This document shows, in pieces, positions 20,088 to 29,244 of a DNA stretch of 64,000 nucleotides. The notes beneath the pieces are model-generated. The model was not told where the DNA came from, ran no database searches, and was given only the letters and a program-made list of their open reading frames with translations. A program made the translations under genes and the position numbers. Every line of letters starts with the position of its first letter. Within the stretch, counting starts at the first letter, position 1. This DNA comes from Gammaproteobacteria bacterium (GTDB lineage Bacteria; Pseudomonadota; Gammaproteobacteria; Francisellales; CACEW01), in contig JAQSYQ010000008.1 of assembly GCA_029256015.1 (NCBI GenBank), positions 3,041-67,040 of the forward strand, in the 5' to 3' direction.

Positions 20088-20167
20088 CTTGACTCTCCTC
20101 AGTTATGAACCTATTAGATCATTTAATTTAATATAATATAATGCCATTAGTAATAAGGAGATAAATA

Positions 20168-21481
20168 ATGGCAGCAGGTTTGGATCAAACTCGAAGAAAT
20201 ATCATAGAGTTCGAACAAAAAGCACTTGAGCTTAATAAGCTTATGCTTGAAATCCGCACAATGCGAAATGCCTCTAATCTGCTTGAGGCCCAAGTCATCG
20301 TTGGCTTTACCACAAAGCTTCTTTTAGGTGAAGAACCGATTCTCTCTGCTATACAGGTAAGCCTGACAGCATGTCAAACTCAGTTAGAAATTTGTCATGG
20401 CAAAAAAAAGAAATTACTGCCCCAAGTTTGGGCCATTAAATCTGACCTTGATCAAGAACTGGCTAAAGATATGCCTACTGTTTCACTTCAAAAAATTGCT
20501 GAGATTGAAGAAATAGTGCGTAGTGGCAGCGCAGCTGCGGCAGGAGAAGAATGCTCTGAAGAAGAGGAACTCAAAAAAGTCAAAGAAGCGCTTGCAAACA
20601 TATTGTCAGCAATGCATTTTAGAGAAGACAAGCTGATGGAATTAGCTAAGCGCTTTAAAGCCTCCGATCTTATTGAAGAAGAGCTTGCAAAAACGGCTGA
20701 GTGCCAAACTTTCTATGATATTTTAAAAATTATCTACCCCAGTCAAATGGCTATGTTTGAACAGGGAGGATTAAGCGGAGGGGTGCGGCATCCTATGCAG
20801 CCCAGTCTTAACTCAGTTATGCAAGATAAAATTAGAGAACTTAAAGAAGGCAGAGAGCTGGCAGGGGAGCTTAATACTCCTCTTAATCGCCACATCATCG
20901 TAGAGCTGGATATGTTTTTTGCCCATATTTCTATAGCTAGAAGCCTTAAATTCATCATTGGCTCTCCTGAAAAAAACAAGGAAGATATCGATAACGTTTA
21001 CCAATCTCAAACTCTCGATCTTAGCGAAATGATCTTAAAAAGCAGTTTTGCCAATTATTTTTTATTAAGGCTAGTTGAGCAATTGAACCATAAGCTTGAG
21101 ACAAAGATACAAAGCTTGAATGGGCTTGAAGAGCGCTCTTATCACTATATGTCTCAAGACTTTCAAAACCGTTTGGACTATCGCAATCATAGTGCCGACT
21201 ATGATGAAGGCCAAAAACAAGCGAAACAAACCCAGTTTGCCGCCTTGAAATCTGAGTTAGAACGCTTGGCTCAAGAAAAAGCAGGCTTGTTAAAAGAGAT
21301 TGAACAGCTATTTGCTCAAATCAATGCTCAGCTTCTTAAAATGCAGGTCAAGTTCGACAATATTAGGGACATGATGGGAGAGCATCGATCTCACCACACT
21401 TCATTTGCCACAAGTCCTACTTCTTTAATTGGAGGAAGCGGGGCAGCCAGCAGCAGCCAGCTTCCTAACCCTGCTCAATAA
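20168..21481 (+). CDS. orphan long coiled-coil protein
   Basis: AAGGAG lies 7 nt upstream. Heptad-rich Glu/Lys/Gln/Leu sequence with a Ser/Ala/Gly-rich C-terminal tail. Confidence 0.7.
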   Translation: MAAGLDQTRRNIIEFEQKALELNKLMLEIRTMRNASNLLEAQVIVGFTTKLLLGEEPILSAIQVSLTACQTQLEICHGKKKKLLPQVWAIKSDLDQELAKDMPTVSLQKIAEIEEIVRSGSAAAAGEECSEEEELKKVKEALANILSAMHFREDKLMELAKRFKASDLIEEELAKTAECQTFYDILKIIYPSQMAMFEQGGLSGGVRHPMQPSLNSVMQDKIRELKEGRELAGELNTPLNRHIIVELDMFFAHISIARSLKFIIGSPEKNKEDIDNVYQSQTLDLSEMILKSSFANYFLLRLVEQLNHKLETKIQSLNGLEERSYHYMSQDFQNRLDYRNHSADYDEGQKQAKQTQFAALKSELERLAQEKAGLLKEIEQLFAQINAQLLKMQVKFDNIRDMMGEHRSHHTSFATSPTSLIGGSGAASSSQLPNPAQ

Positions 21482-21491
21482 CCTAAAGCAA

Positions 21492-22256
21492 CTAGTTATT
21501 TCCTGGAGAGTCGTTGTCCATGTCTGTACTTTCTTCAGGAGCTTGCAACAAGACTAGGGCAGCGGCAAAAGGTGCTGGGAAAGGAGGATTGACTACCTCC
21601 TGAAGCTGAGCTTTCTCATTCTCAGATAGGCTGTCGTAAAAAACAGCACCCATATTGGCTAAAATTTCTGCTCGCTGTGCTTGCGGTGCGGCTTGAAGCA
21701 TATTTAAAGCATCATCCACATTGGCGTCTTTCATCATCTCAGCCAAATTCGCACCATGACCCAATAAAAGCCTGCCACAATCGTCTTCGTTAAGGTGTCT
21801 GAGGACTATGTTTAATTCATTATAATTTTGAATAAGGCTGCGATCGGCATACTCCAAAAGACAGACACAATATTCTTTATCTAAAACACACATTAAAATG
21901 ATTAACTCTTCAAAGCTTGAAACTATTTCACAAAAAACATCATGGCCATTTGGCTCATGCCAATAGAAATTGCAAATTAAATCGAAGGCTTCCTCAGAAG
22001 TAAAAATGGAGATAAATTCAGCTAGTTCCTCTGCACTTCTGATGCAGTTATAAATGAAATCAAAGCCAAGCCTAGTAATAACTTGAGCTCGGCCTTCGTT
22101 TTCATAGGGTATTCTAAGCAAGAGCTGCTGCAAATCATCAGGATTTTTGTGAGTTTCCATCAGCTCATTGAAATCATTACCCATTTCCTGAATATATGCT
22201 AAGCGGTTATTTGCAGGTAAATAATCTAATTCAACCAACAGTTGTTCAAAGTCCAT
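21492..22256 (-). CDS. orphan acidic helical-repeat protein (paralog of 19407..20087)
   Basis: Starting at the ATG at 22256 gives MDFEQLLVELDYLP, parallel to MDELTYEDLLSALDAL in the paralog, with GGGAG 9 nt upstream. The ORF-track start at 22265 sits directly against the SD. Confidence 0.7.
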   Translation of the reverse strand: MDFEQLLVELDYLPANNRLAYIQEMGNDFNELMETHKNPDDLQQLLLRIPYENEGRAQVITRLGFDFIYNCIRSAEELAEFISIFTSEEAFDLICNFYWHEPNGHDVFCEIVSSFEELIILMCVLDKEYCVCLLEYADRSLIQNYNELNIVLRHLNEDDCGRLLLGHGANLAEMMKDANVDDALNMLQAAPQAQRAEILANMGAVFYDSLSENEKAQLQEVVNPPFPAPFAAALVLLQAPEESTDMDNDSPGNN

Positions 22257-22382
22257 TTTGAGCATCTCCCTTTATCACTCTATTATTACAAAGAATAATG
22301 CTGGAATATAGTGATCCGGCTTGGTCAAAGCAGTCATATTCCGCTACTATACACTAGTATACTTTTTACTTTGGATAAAAAT

Positions 22383-23954
22383 ATGAGACGTAAATTTTAT
22401 CTGGCATTTGCCATTGTTTTATTAGCTATCGCTTTATTTTTCACGATGCTGCACGATCTTCGCTGGTTTACTGTGATCTTGATTCCTTTAGTTTTAATTG
22501 GAATCTATGACTTTTTTCAACGCTCTCACACCATTTTGCGTAATTTCCCCATTTTAGGGCATCTTCGATTTATTCTAGAATTTATCCGTCCTGAAATTCA
22601 GCAGTATTTTATTGCCAGTGATCATTCAGAAAGACCATTTGACCGTGAAACCCGTACCATTATTTATCAACGTGCTAAAAATGTAAGAGATACCATTGCA
22701 TTTGGCAGCGACCGCGAATTCAAAAAGCCTGGTTATGAATGGTTATTGCACTCTTTAAGCCCCAAACATGTCTCTGAAGTGGAACCACGAATCTTGGTAG
22801 GCGGCAAAGACTGCACCAAGCCTTATTCCGCTTCTCGCTTAAATATTTCAGCCATGAGCTTTGGGGCCTTGTCAGCGAATGCCATTATGGCACTGAATAA
22901 TGGCGCCAAGATTGGAAATTTTGCTCAAAATACCGGAGAAGGCGGTCTAAGTGAACATCATCTACAAGGCGGAGACATTATCTGGCAGATCGGTACAGGT
23001 TATTTTGGCTGCCGGGACGTTAACGGCAAATTTAGCCCAGAAGAATTTGTAAAAGAGGCCACTCGCCCTGAAGTTAAAATGATTGAAATCAAACTGTCTC
23101 AGGGGGCCAAGCCTTCTCACGGTGGTATTTTACCTGCAGCTAAACTCACCGCTGAAATCGCGAGAATTCGTAAAGTCCCCATGGGGCAGGACGTACTCTC
23201 TCCCGCGGCTCATACTGCTTTTAACAACCCAGAAGGCCTGTTGAAATTTGTACAGGAGCTTCGCTCTTTAAGCGGAGGAAAACCTGTGGGATTTAAGCTC
23301 TGCCTGGGTCGCAGAAGTCAGTTTTTAGGAATATGTAAGGCCATGCTCAAAACAGGTATTTTGCCTGATTTTATTACGGTGGATGGGGCCGAGGGCGGCA
23401 CTGGAGCAGCTCCTTTAGAATTTGCCAATCACGTTGGGACCCCTTTAAACGAAGGCCTGCTTTTTATCCATAACTCCTTAATGGGTATAGGGGTTCGTGA
23501 GCATATTCGCATTATTGCTGCAGGTAAAATTGCCACCGGCTTTGATATGATTGTCAAAATGGCACTGGGTGCTGATATGTGTAATGCCGGCAGGGCCATG
23601 ATGATGGCAACCGGCTGTATTCAGTCCATGCAGTGCAATACCAATACTTGCCCAACCGGAGTCGCAACTCAGGATAAGCGTTTGCAAAGAGGCCTAGTCG
23701 TTGAAGAGAAAAAACATCGGGTTGCCCACTACCATGCCAATACTTTACATAGCTTTTTGGAGCTGATAGGCGCTATGGGACTCAGCAATCCAAGCGATAT
23801 TAGTCCAGCTTATGTTATGCATCGGGTCGATACTGAGCGATTTAAGCCATTTATTGAAGTATTTGAATACCTTAAACCCGGTGACTTGTTAAAAGATAGC
23901 ATTCCAGAAAACTTTAAATACCATTGGGATAAAGCTACAAGCGATTCATTTTAG
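22383..23954 (+). CDS. FMN-binding glutamate synthase family protein (GltB central-domain-like) with N-terminal TM helices
   Basis: ISAMSFGALS, GEGG, VDGAEGGTGAAP and CNTNTCPTGVATQ motifs. The ORF-track GTG at 22311 was replaced by the ATG at 22383. Confidence 0.85.
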   Translation: MRRKFYLAFAIVLLAIALFFTMLHDLRWFTVILIPLVLIGIYDFFQRSHTILRNFPILGHLRFILEFIRPEIQQYFIASDHSERPFDRETRTIIYQRAKNVRDTIAFGSDREFKKPGYEWLLHSLSPKHVSEVEPRILVGGKDCTKPYSASRLNISAMSFGALSANAIMALNNGAKIGNFAQNTGEGGLSEHHLQGGDIIWQIGTGYFGCRDVNGKFSPEEFVKEATRPEVKMIEIKLSQGAKPSHGGILPAAKLTAEIARIRKVPMGQDVLSPAAHTAFNNPEGLLKFVQELRSLSGGKPVGFKLCLGRRSQFLGICKAMLKTGILPDFITVDGAEGGTGAAPLEFANHVGTPLNEGLLFIHNSLMGIGVREHIRIIAAGKIATGFDMIVKMALGADMCNAGRAMMMATGCIQSMQCNTNTCPTGVATQDKRLQRGLVVEEKKHRVAHYHANTLHSFLELIGAMGLSNPSDISPAYVMHRVDTERFKPFIEVFEYLKPGDLLKDSIPENFKYHWDKATSDSF

Positions 23955-24010
23955 ACATTAATGAAGGTATGGAAACATGCTGCCTAGAGAATTGCCATCA
24001 ACTATGTTGC

Positions 24011-24088
24011 TGTCATCCTGATCCCTGCCTGCGCGGGGATGACAAAATGTGCTTGTCATCCTGGGGCCGCTTAGCGGAACCCGGGATC
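24011..24088. repeat. two tandem GTCATCC-type REP hairpins downstream of the gltB-like gene
   Basis: TGTCATCC...GGATGACA (24011-24044), then GTCATCCTGGGGCCGCTTAGCGGAACCCGGGATC (24055-24088). Confidence 0.7.
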
Positions 24089-24120
24089 TAAACATGAAAG
24101 TATGATGAAGAGATGGAAGC

Positions 24121-24145
24121 GGAAAAGGGCCATTAAGGCCCTTTG
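24121..24145 (-). terminator. hairpin plus T-run downstream of the polybasic micro-ORF
   Basis: AAAGGGCC-TTAAT-GGCCCTTTT on the minus strand. Confidence 0.55.
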
Positions 24146-24164
24146 TAATTGTTAGTATGTAATA

Positions 24165-24215
24165 CTACTTTTTACTTTTACGAGTAGTAGCGCGTTTTTT
24201 AGTTTTCGCTTTCAT
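24165..24215 (-). CDS. candidate 16-aa polybasic micro-ORF (MKAKTKKRATTRKSKK)
   Basis: GGAG lies 6 nt upstream of the ATG. A hairpin plus T-run follows 20 nt after the stop. Not in the ORF track because it is too short. Confidence 0.3.
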   Translation of the reverse strand: MKAKTKKRATTRKSKK

Positions 24216-24371
24216 TGGCGTCTCCTTTTTGTTATTTTTATTGACCTCACTTTATTTATAGACGGGGTTTTTAATTAATACAAATGACAAATTTTCTTAG
24301 CTGCTTCATTGTTCTAGAAAATTGTCATCCCCGACTTGATCGAAGATGGGAATAACAAACAACGGTATCCT

Positions 24372-25334
24372 ATGGCTATACATGAATTTGATTTAATCGA
24401 GCGTTATTTCAAACGCCCAAGCACTGCTCCAGGCATAGCAAAAGGCATTGGAGATGACTGCGCTATTCTTGAAATACCCGAAGGCCATCAACTTGCCGTA
24501 TCCATCGATACTTTGGTATCAGGAGTCCATTTTCCAGAGCATACCAAAGCTTATGATATCGGTTATAAAGCCCTCGCGGTCAATTTATCAGACTGCGCGG
24601 CAATGGGAGCGAAACCCTTATGGGCCACCTTGGCCATTAGCTTACCGAAAGCTGATGAAGCTTGGCTTAAAGCCTTTGCAGAAGGATTTTTTGTCATGGC
24701 AAATTCCTGTGGGGTAGCTTTAATTGGCGGAGATACTACTCGTGGTCCGCTTTCGATAAGCGTTCAGATTCACGGCATTATTCCCAAAGGAAAAGCCTTA
24801 TTGCGCGCCTCTGCCAAAAGCGGCGATGATATTTATGCCACAGGAACCTTGGGTGATGCGGGACTTGCCTTACAAACCCTATTAGGTCATTTGCCCAAGC
24901 TTGATTCTACTCAGCAAAGCTATATTGAATCTCGATTGAATCGCCCCAGTCCAAGAGTAGAAATAGGCCAGGCTTTGCAAAATATAGCCCATGCCTGCAT
25001 CGATATATCAGACGGGCTGGCAGCTGATCTCAACCATATTCTAAAGGCGAGTAGAGTGGGGGCAGAGATTGAACTCGATAAACTGCCTTTATCCGCTGCT
25101 TTAAAAAATCTGGACCCACAAAAAGCTATTGAGCTTGCTTTACACAGCGGGGATGACTACGAGCTTTGCTTTACTGCTACTCCTGGAATGGAAGATAAAA
25201 TACAAGCACTCAGCCACTACACCCAAACGCCTATTACCAAAATAGGCAAAATTGTCCAAGAACCCGGCCTATTTTCATTGGATGCTAATAATAAAGTGAT
25301 GATCAAACCTTCAGGATATATACATTTTCAATAA
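24372..25334 (+). CDS. thiL: thiamine-monophosphate kinase
   Basis: EFDLIERYF and GIGDDCA motifs; AIR-synthase-like fold. The ORF-track TTG start at 24336 reads through a REP hairpin. Confidence 0.92.
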   Translation: MAIHEFDLIERYFKRPSTAPGIAKGIGDDCAILEIPEGHQLAVSIDTLVSGVHFPEHTKAYDIGYKALAVNLSDCAAMGAKPLWATLAISLPKADEAWLKAFAEGFFVMANSCGVALIGGDTTRGPLSISVQIHGIIPKGKALLRASAKSGDDIYATGTLGDAGLALQTLLGHLPKLDSTQQSYIESRLNRPSPRVEIGQALQNIAHACIDISDGLAADLNHILKASRVGAEIELDKLPLSAALKNLDPQKAIELALHSGDDYELCFTATPGMEDKIQALSHYTQTPITKIGKIVQEPGLFSLDANNKVMIKPSGYIHFQ

Positions 25335-25344
25335 TATGCATAGG

Positions 25345-25456
25345 GGCTGGTAGCGAGGCAAGGTCAAGGCGTAAGCGTTCTCATAATGCGAAGTGTACAA
25401 CCAAGTACATGAAGCACTTTTGAGCTTGCTTACAACGCAGAGATTGCCCGCTAACA
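25345..25456. repeat. ~110-bp long imperfect palindrome between convergent thiL and the lipoprotein gene
   Basis: Outer arms GCTGGTAGCGAGGCAAGGTC / GATTGCCCGCTAACAGGC. Inner arms GCGTAAGC/GCTTAC..GC and GTGTAC/GTACAT. Confidence 0.6.
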
Positions 25457-25458
25457 GG

Positions 25459-25857
25459 CTACATAACGCAATTATTGCCGCGAAATAAAGTCTTGGTGAT
25501 TATATGCTGTTTATTGAACTCTACCCAGGTTGTGCAGTCGTAGTAAAAAGTCCCGCCCCCAGAGCTAAATGAAGGTGCCTGAGTAATGACTGTTTGCCCA
25601 TTATTGGTATTAACGCTGGTATAACCTGGCGTAGTCATAGAGGGAAAAGATACAATATTTTGATCTCGATATACATAAACCGTGTCACCGTTTAAGGCGG
25701 TGATGGTTTGATCAGGATAGCCCCAAGTATTAACAAAGTCCTCAATGCTTTTACCTTGCCAGCTGCTGAGCATTTGCTGATATTTGGCCTGGGTGGCGCA
25801 GGCAACTAACAATAAACTTGCTAAAACAAGGCCAAAAAATTTAATGAATGGTCGCAT
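25459..25857 (-). CDS. putative lipoprotein
   Basis: Lipobox LLLVAC after a signal peptide. Lies 3 nt downstream of the EEP gene. Confidence 0.65.
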   Translation of the reverse strand: MRPFIKFFGLVLASLLLVACATQAKYQQMLSSWQGKSIEDFVNTWGYPDQTITALNGDTVYVYRDQNIVSFPSMTTPGYTSVNTNNGQTVITQAPSFSSGGGTFYYDCTTWVEFNKQHIITKTLFRGNNCVM

Positions 25858-25859
25858 TT

Positions 25860-26657
25860 TTAATTCCTTTTAGAAAGCTTAGGAATTTCACATAATACCG
25901 GCAGCTTCACCTCATCTGGTACTATCAGCTCAGCATAAACCGGCAAATGATCGGAATGCTCACACTGTATTACTCCTGCATCAGACACCTGCAACGAGGG
26001 GCTTACTAAAATATAGTCGATCTGTTTTTGGGCTTTCCAGCTGGGATAGGTAAAGCAGTTTTTATTAGCCAGAACCAATCCGGAAACCTTGATGGAAGGA
26101 TGATTCATTAAAAAATCCGGCTCTGCATTAAAGTCCCCCATCACAATAACATGTTTATAAGATGCCGCTAGCTCAGCCATAAAGTCAAACTGTTTGGCTT
26201 GGGCTTTTTTGCTCAATGAAAGATGCGCATTAATAACAAATAAAGGAGCTGAAGCCTCGCCTACGCAAAATGTCACTATTCCTCTTCCCGGTAGTTTGCT
26301 GGGCAAAGGATACTCTTTAATAGCATGAACTGGAAAGCGGCTGAGCAGACCTTTACCGTGCTGAGCAAACAGTCCCATGTCTCGAGTAGTCTGCTGCTGT
26401 TTGCATAAAAAGCCGCCATGCTCTGCCAAAAATTCTATTTGGTTAATATGCCCGCTTCTTAAGCTGCCGCCATCTAATTCCTGTAAGCCAACCACATCAT
26501 AAGGCGCAATAAGATGAGCTATACTCCGCAAAGTATCTTGTCTTCTTGGATGGGGCAAAAAGTGGTGCCAGACATGCAGCCAATAATGGAGCGCACTTTT
26601 GGCCCCAATGCCAACATGCACGTTGTAAGACATGACTTTGATTCGATTGCCCTGCAT
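25860..26657 (-). CDS. endonuclease/exonuclease/phosphatase (EEP) family protein
   Basis: MSYNVH, QELDG, GDFN and SDHLPV motifs. Confidence 0.85.
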   Translation of the reverse strand: MQGNRIKVMSYNVHVGIGAKSALHYWLHVWHHFLPHPRRQDTLRSIAHLIAPYDVVGLQELDGGSLRSGHINQIEFLAEHGGFLCKQQQTTRDMGLFAQHGKGLLSRFPVHAIKEYPLPSKLPGRGIVTFCVGEASAPLFVINAHLSLSKKAQAKQFDFMAELAASYKHVIVMGDFNAEPDFLMNHPSIKVSGLVLANKNCFTYPSWKAQKQIDYILVSPSLQVSDAGVIQCEHSDHLPVYAELIVPDEVKLPVLCEIPKLSKRN

Positions 26658-26812
26658 GGAATATCTCCTTTGGGTTAATTATATCCCAAATAGGCTTTGT
26701 TGGCATTTTTGCGCGATTTCTGGCAAGCTGTCTAGGTAAAATAATAAGCAATGTGACTTTAACGATCAATTTCAACTCAATGCAAAGATGAAAACGATAT
26801 AAGGACGTATAA

Positions 26813-28243
26813 ATGCATTCTGACAAACATCCCAGAGCACTCTGGGTTTTATCTGCCGCTTCGGTGTTCTACTGTTTTGCCTTTTGCACGATCACCTCTT
26901 TGCTGACCCTTTATCTCATTCAAAAATTGGGGATGAAGTCATCCGATGCCTACAATTTATTTGCCGCATTACTTTCCCTTTTATTTACTTTGCCGCTGTT
27001 TGGCGGCTATCTCAGCCAGAAGCTAGGCTACAAAAGCAGTATTATTATTGGTTCCTCAGTCTCTATGCTGAGCTGTTTTTTGCTGTGTTTACATGCTGTA
27101 GTTTTTCAATATATTGGAATTGCCGCCTTTGCCGCGGGAAATTCATTTGTTACGCCCAGTATGTATGCCCTGGTAGGCCTCGGTTATAAGCAAAATGATA
27201 TTAACCGCAACAGCGGCTATACCTTGTATTATTTGATTTTCAATGTCGGCTTTTTAACTTCCGCTTTATTGGCCGGCTTTATCGCGCAGTATCTTGGCTA
27301 TTCACTAGCCTTTGCTTTAGCAGGTGCCTTAATTTTGGTTTCCATTATTATATTTGTCGGGTTTAAACATTGGATCCTTATCGAGGAAAGCACCCCTAAA
27401 CTTGCACAAGCTTCAACTGGTTTGATTATTTCATGTTTAGCGATAAGCGCAGTCGCATTTTGGTTATTAAAGCATTTAGCTGCCAATAATATTTTGTTAT
27501 GGGCTTTAGTTGTCGCGGCTTCAGCAGGCATGCTTTATTATGCCTTTAAACAAAAGGACAAATTGGCTCGTTATAAAATGCTTGCCTTGCTGATCCTTTG
27601 CATTTTATCAGTCGGTTTCTGGTCGCTTTATATGCTTGAACCCTCTTTATTAACCGTATTTATTGCGCAAAACGTGGATCGTCAGATAGCCGGCTTTAAC
27701 ATTCCCGCTTCCAGTTATTACAGTTTGGACTCATTTTTTGTCATCATTCTCGGCTTTTTCTTTAGCTGGTTATGGAAATTTTTGGCTCAAAGAAACAAAG
27801 AACCTGCTCTTCCCAGTAAGTTTGCCTTATCTTTGCTGACTATGGGGGGCGGCTATTTAATCTTTGTATTGGGTATTATGCTGGTCAGCCCACAAACTCA
27901 TTTAGTGAATTCACTCTGGATAGTACTAGGCTATGCCTTGCTCGCTTCAGCAGAGCTTTTGATTTCCCCCATCGGCATTTCCATGATCGGAGTGTTAATG
28001 CCTAGAGGAAATGAGGGGCTAGGGATGGGAATTTGGCAAACCTTTACCGGTTTGTCAGGGATTATTTCAGGCTATCTGGCCAACTTGGCTGTCACTCCAA
28101 ATGGAGGCAGTCCTCTACAAACCAATCCGATTTTTGCCTCAAGCTTATTAAAAATTGGTTTAGGCACTATTGTTGTTGGGGTGATTGCAGTCCTGTTAAT
28201 TCCCTTTATTAAAAAATTACTAAAAGCGCCTGCTTATGAATGA
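26813..28243 (+). CDS. MFS transporter, POT/PTR2 (oligopeptide:H+ symporter)-like
   Basis: About 12-14 TM segments. FGGYLSQKLGYK and YYLIFNVGFL resemble POT signatures, but the canonical ExxERFxYY motif is absent. Confidence 0.65.
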   Translation: MHSDKHPRALWVLSAASVFYCFAFCTITSLLTLYLIQKLGMKSSDAYNLFAALLSLLFTLPLFGGYLSQKLGYKSSIIIGSSVSMLSCFLLCLHAVVFQYIGIAAFAAGNSFVTPSMYALVGLGYKQNDINRNSGYTLYYLIFNVGFLTSALLAGFIAQYLGYSLAFALAGALILVSIIIFVGFKHWILIEESTPKLAQASTGLIISCLAISAVAFWLLKHLAANNILLWALVVAASAGMLYYAFKQKDKLARYKMLALLILCILSVGFWSLYMLEPSLLTVFIAQNVDRQIAGFNIPASSYYSLDSFFVIILGFFFSWLWKFLAQRNKEPALPSKFALSLLTMGGGYLIFVLGIMLVSPQTHLVNSLWIVLGYALLASAELLISPIGISMIGVLMPRGNEGLGMGIWQTFTGLSGIISGYLANLAVTPNGGSPLQTNPIFASSLLKIGLGTIVVGVIAVLLIPFIKKLLKAPAYE

Positions 28244-28829
28244 ATTTCAACAAGCTACATTTTTAACAAGCGCTGCCAAGGTCTCTCAACTTCCTGCAGA
28301 TCAGGGGGTTGAGGTGGCAATTGTAGGGCGCTCCAACGCAGGCAAGTCCTCCGTCCTAAACGTATTAACCAACCAGAAGCACTTAGCCCGTACTAGTAAA
28401 ACCCCAGGGCGGACCCAGCTCATCAACTTATTTCAGTTGGATCAAACAAGACGTCTTGTAGATTTACCTGGCTATGGCTTTGCTAAAGTATCTGAATCCA
28501 TCAAAAGGCAATGGCAAGAGACCCTAAGCCAGTATTTAGAAGAAAGAGAATGTCTAAAAGGCCTGATTTTAGTGATGGACTGCCGCCACCCTTTCAAAGA
28601 TACCGATAGCGCTATTATCGACTGGTGCTTGGAAAGCGATCTTGCCTGCCATATTTTGCTCAATAAAGCTGATAAATTATCCCGCTCTCAACAACAGACT
28701 GCCTTGCTACAAGCCAAGAAAAAACTCAAAGAGCATTCTGAGCTAGTAACGATGCAATTGTTTTCTACCCTTAATCGCCAAGGGCTCGATGAGCTCAAAA
28801 AACAGCTGCAGTCTTGGTATAAATTTTGA
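28236..28829 (+). CDS. engB: ribosome biogenesis GTP-binding protein YihA/EngB
   Basis: GRSNAGKSS, TPGRTQ and DLPGYG motifs. Confidence 0.93.
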   Translation: MNEFQQATFLTSAAKVSQLPADQGVEVAIVGRSNAGKSSVLNVLTNQKHLARTSKTPGRTQLINLFQLDQTRRLVDLPGYGFAKVSESIKRQWQETLSQYLEERECLKGLILVMDCRHPFKDTDSAIIDWCLESDLACHILLNKADKLSRSQQQTALLQAKKKLKEHSELVTMQLFSTLNRQGLDELKKQLQSWYKF

Positions 28830-28904
28830 CTCTATCGCTGAAAAAAACTTGGCAAAGCCTTCTTATTGAGTAATCATATCGCATCTTATGCTTAGGAGGA
28901 AAAC

Positions 28905-29237
28905 ATGTTCAGCAAAAAAGGCACAGATAAAGAAGGTCTAACCCCCAAAAGCGGCGGTTATGGCACAGCTCCAGAAAAAAAACCAGCTGAAGCTGCTAAA
29001 CCTGCTACAGGTGGGTTTCTGTCCGCGGCTATGGGTTTAGTAAGCCCAAGCGGCACAGCTAAAGAAAGGACCTCTATTACAGCAGCTTCAACTCAAGGTG
29101 GCTATGGTGCTGCTCCTGCTGCAGAAGCAGCTCCCGCTAAACCTTCCAAAGGTAGGCCAGGCTCAGCATTCACGCTAGGCAATCCTTTTAGCGGCAGCAC
29201 AAGCCCAACTTACAAAGGTTTTGGCCCAGGTAAGTAA
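28905..29237 (+). CDS. orphan low-complexity Gly/Ala/Pro/Lys-rich protein with an internal duplication
   Basis: Strong SD (AGGAGG). Repeats GGYGTAPEKKPAEAAKPA and GGYGAAPAAEAAPAKPS. Confidence 0.5.
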   Translation: MFSKKGTDKEGLTPKSGGYGTAPEKKPAEAAKPATGGFLSAAMGLVSPSGTAKERTSITAASTQGGYGAAPAAEAAPAKPSKGRPGSAFTLGNPFSGSTSPTYKGFGPGK

Positions 29238-29244
29238 TTTCAAT

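Noticed and set aside
19657-20136. 159-aa plus-strand ORF overlapping the 226-aa repeat-protein gene
   Set aside because: It lies antisense to an ORF that has a good SD and an internal repeat structure. Its Ser/Phe/Lys-rich low-complexity translation mirrors the acidic protein on the other strand.
24336-24371. TTG-initiated 12-codon extension of thiL (MIEDGNNKQRYP)
   Set aside because: It reads through a GTCATCCCCGA...GGGAAT REP-like hairpin. ThiL homology starts at MAIHEFDLIERYF.
26497-26826. 109-aa minus-strand ORF overlapping the 5' end of the EEP gene and the divergent promoter region
   Set aside because: It is an alternate frame of a supported gene, with no SD.
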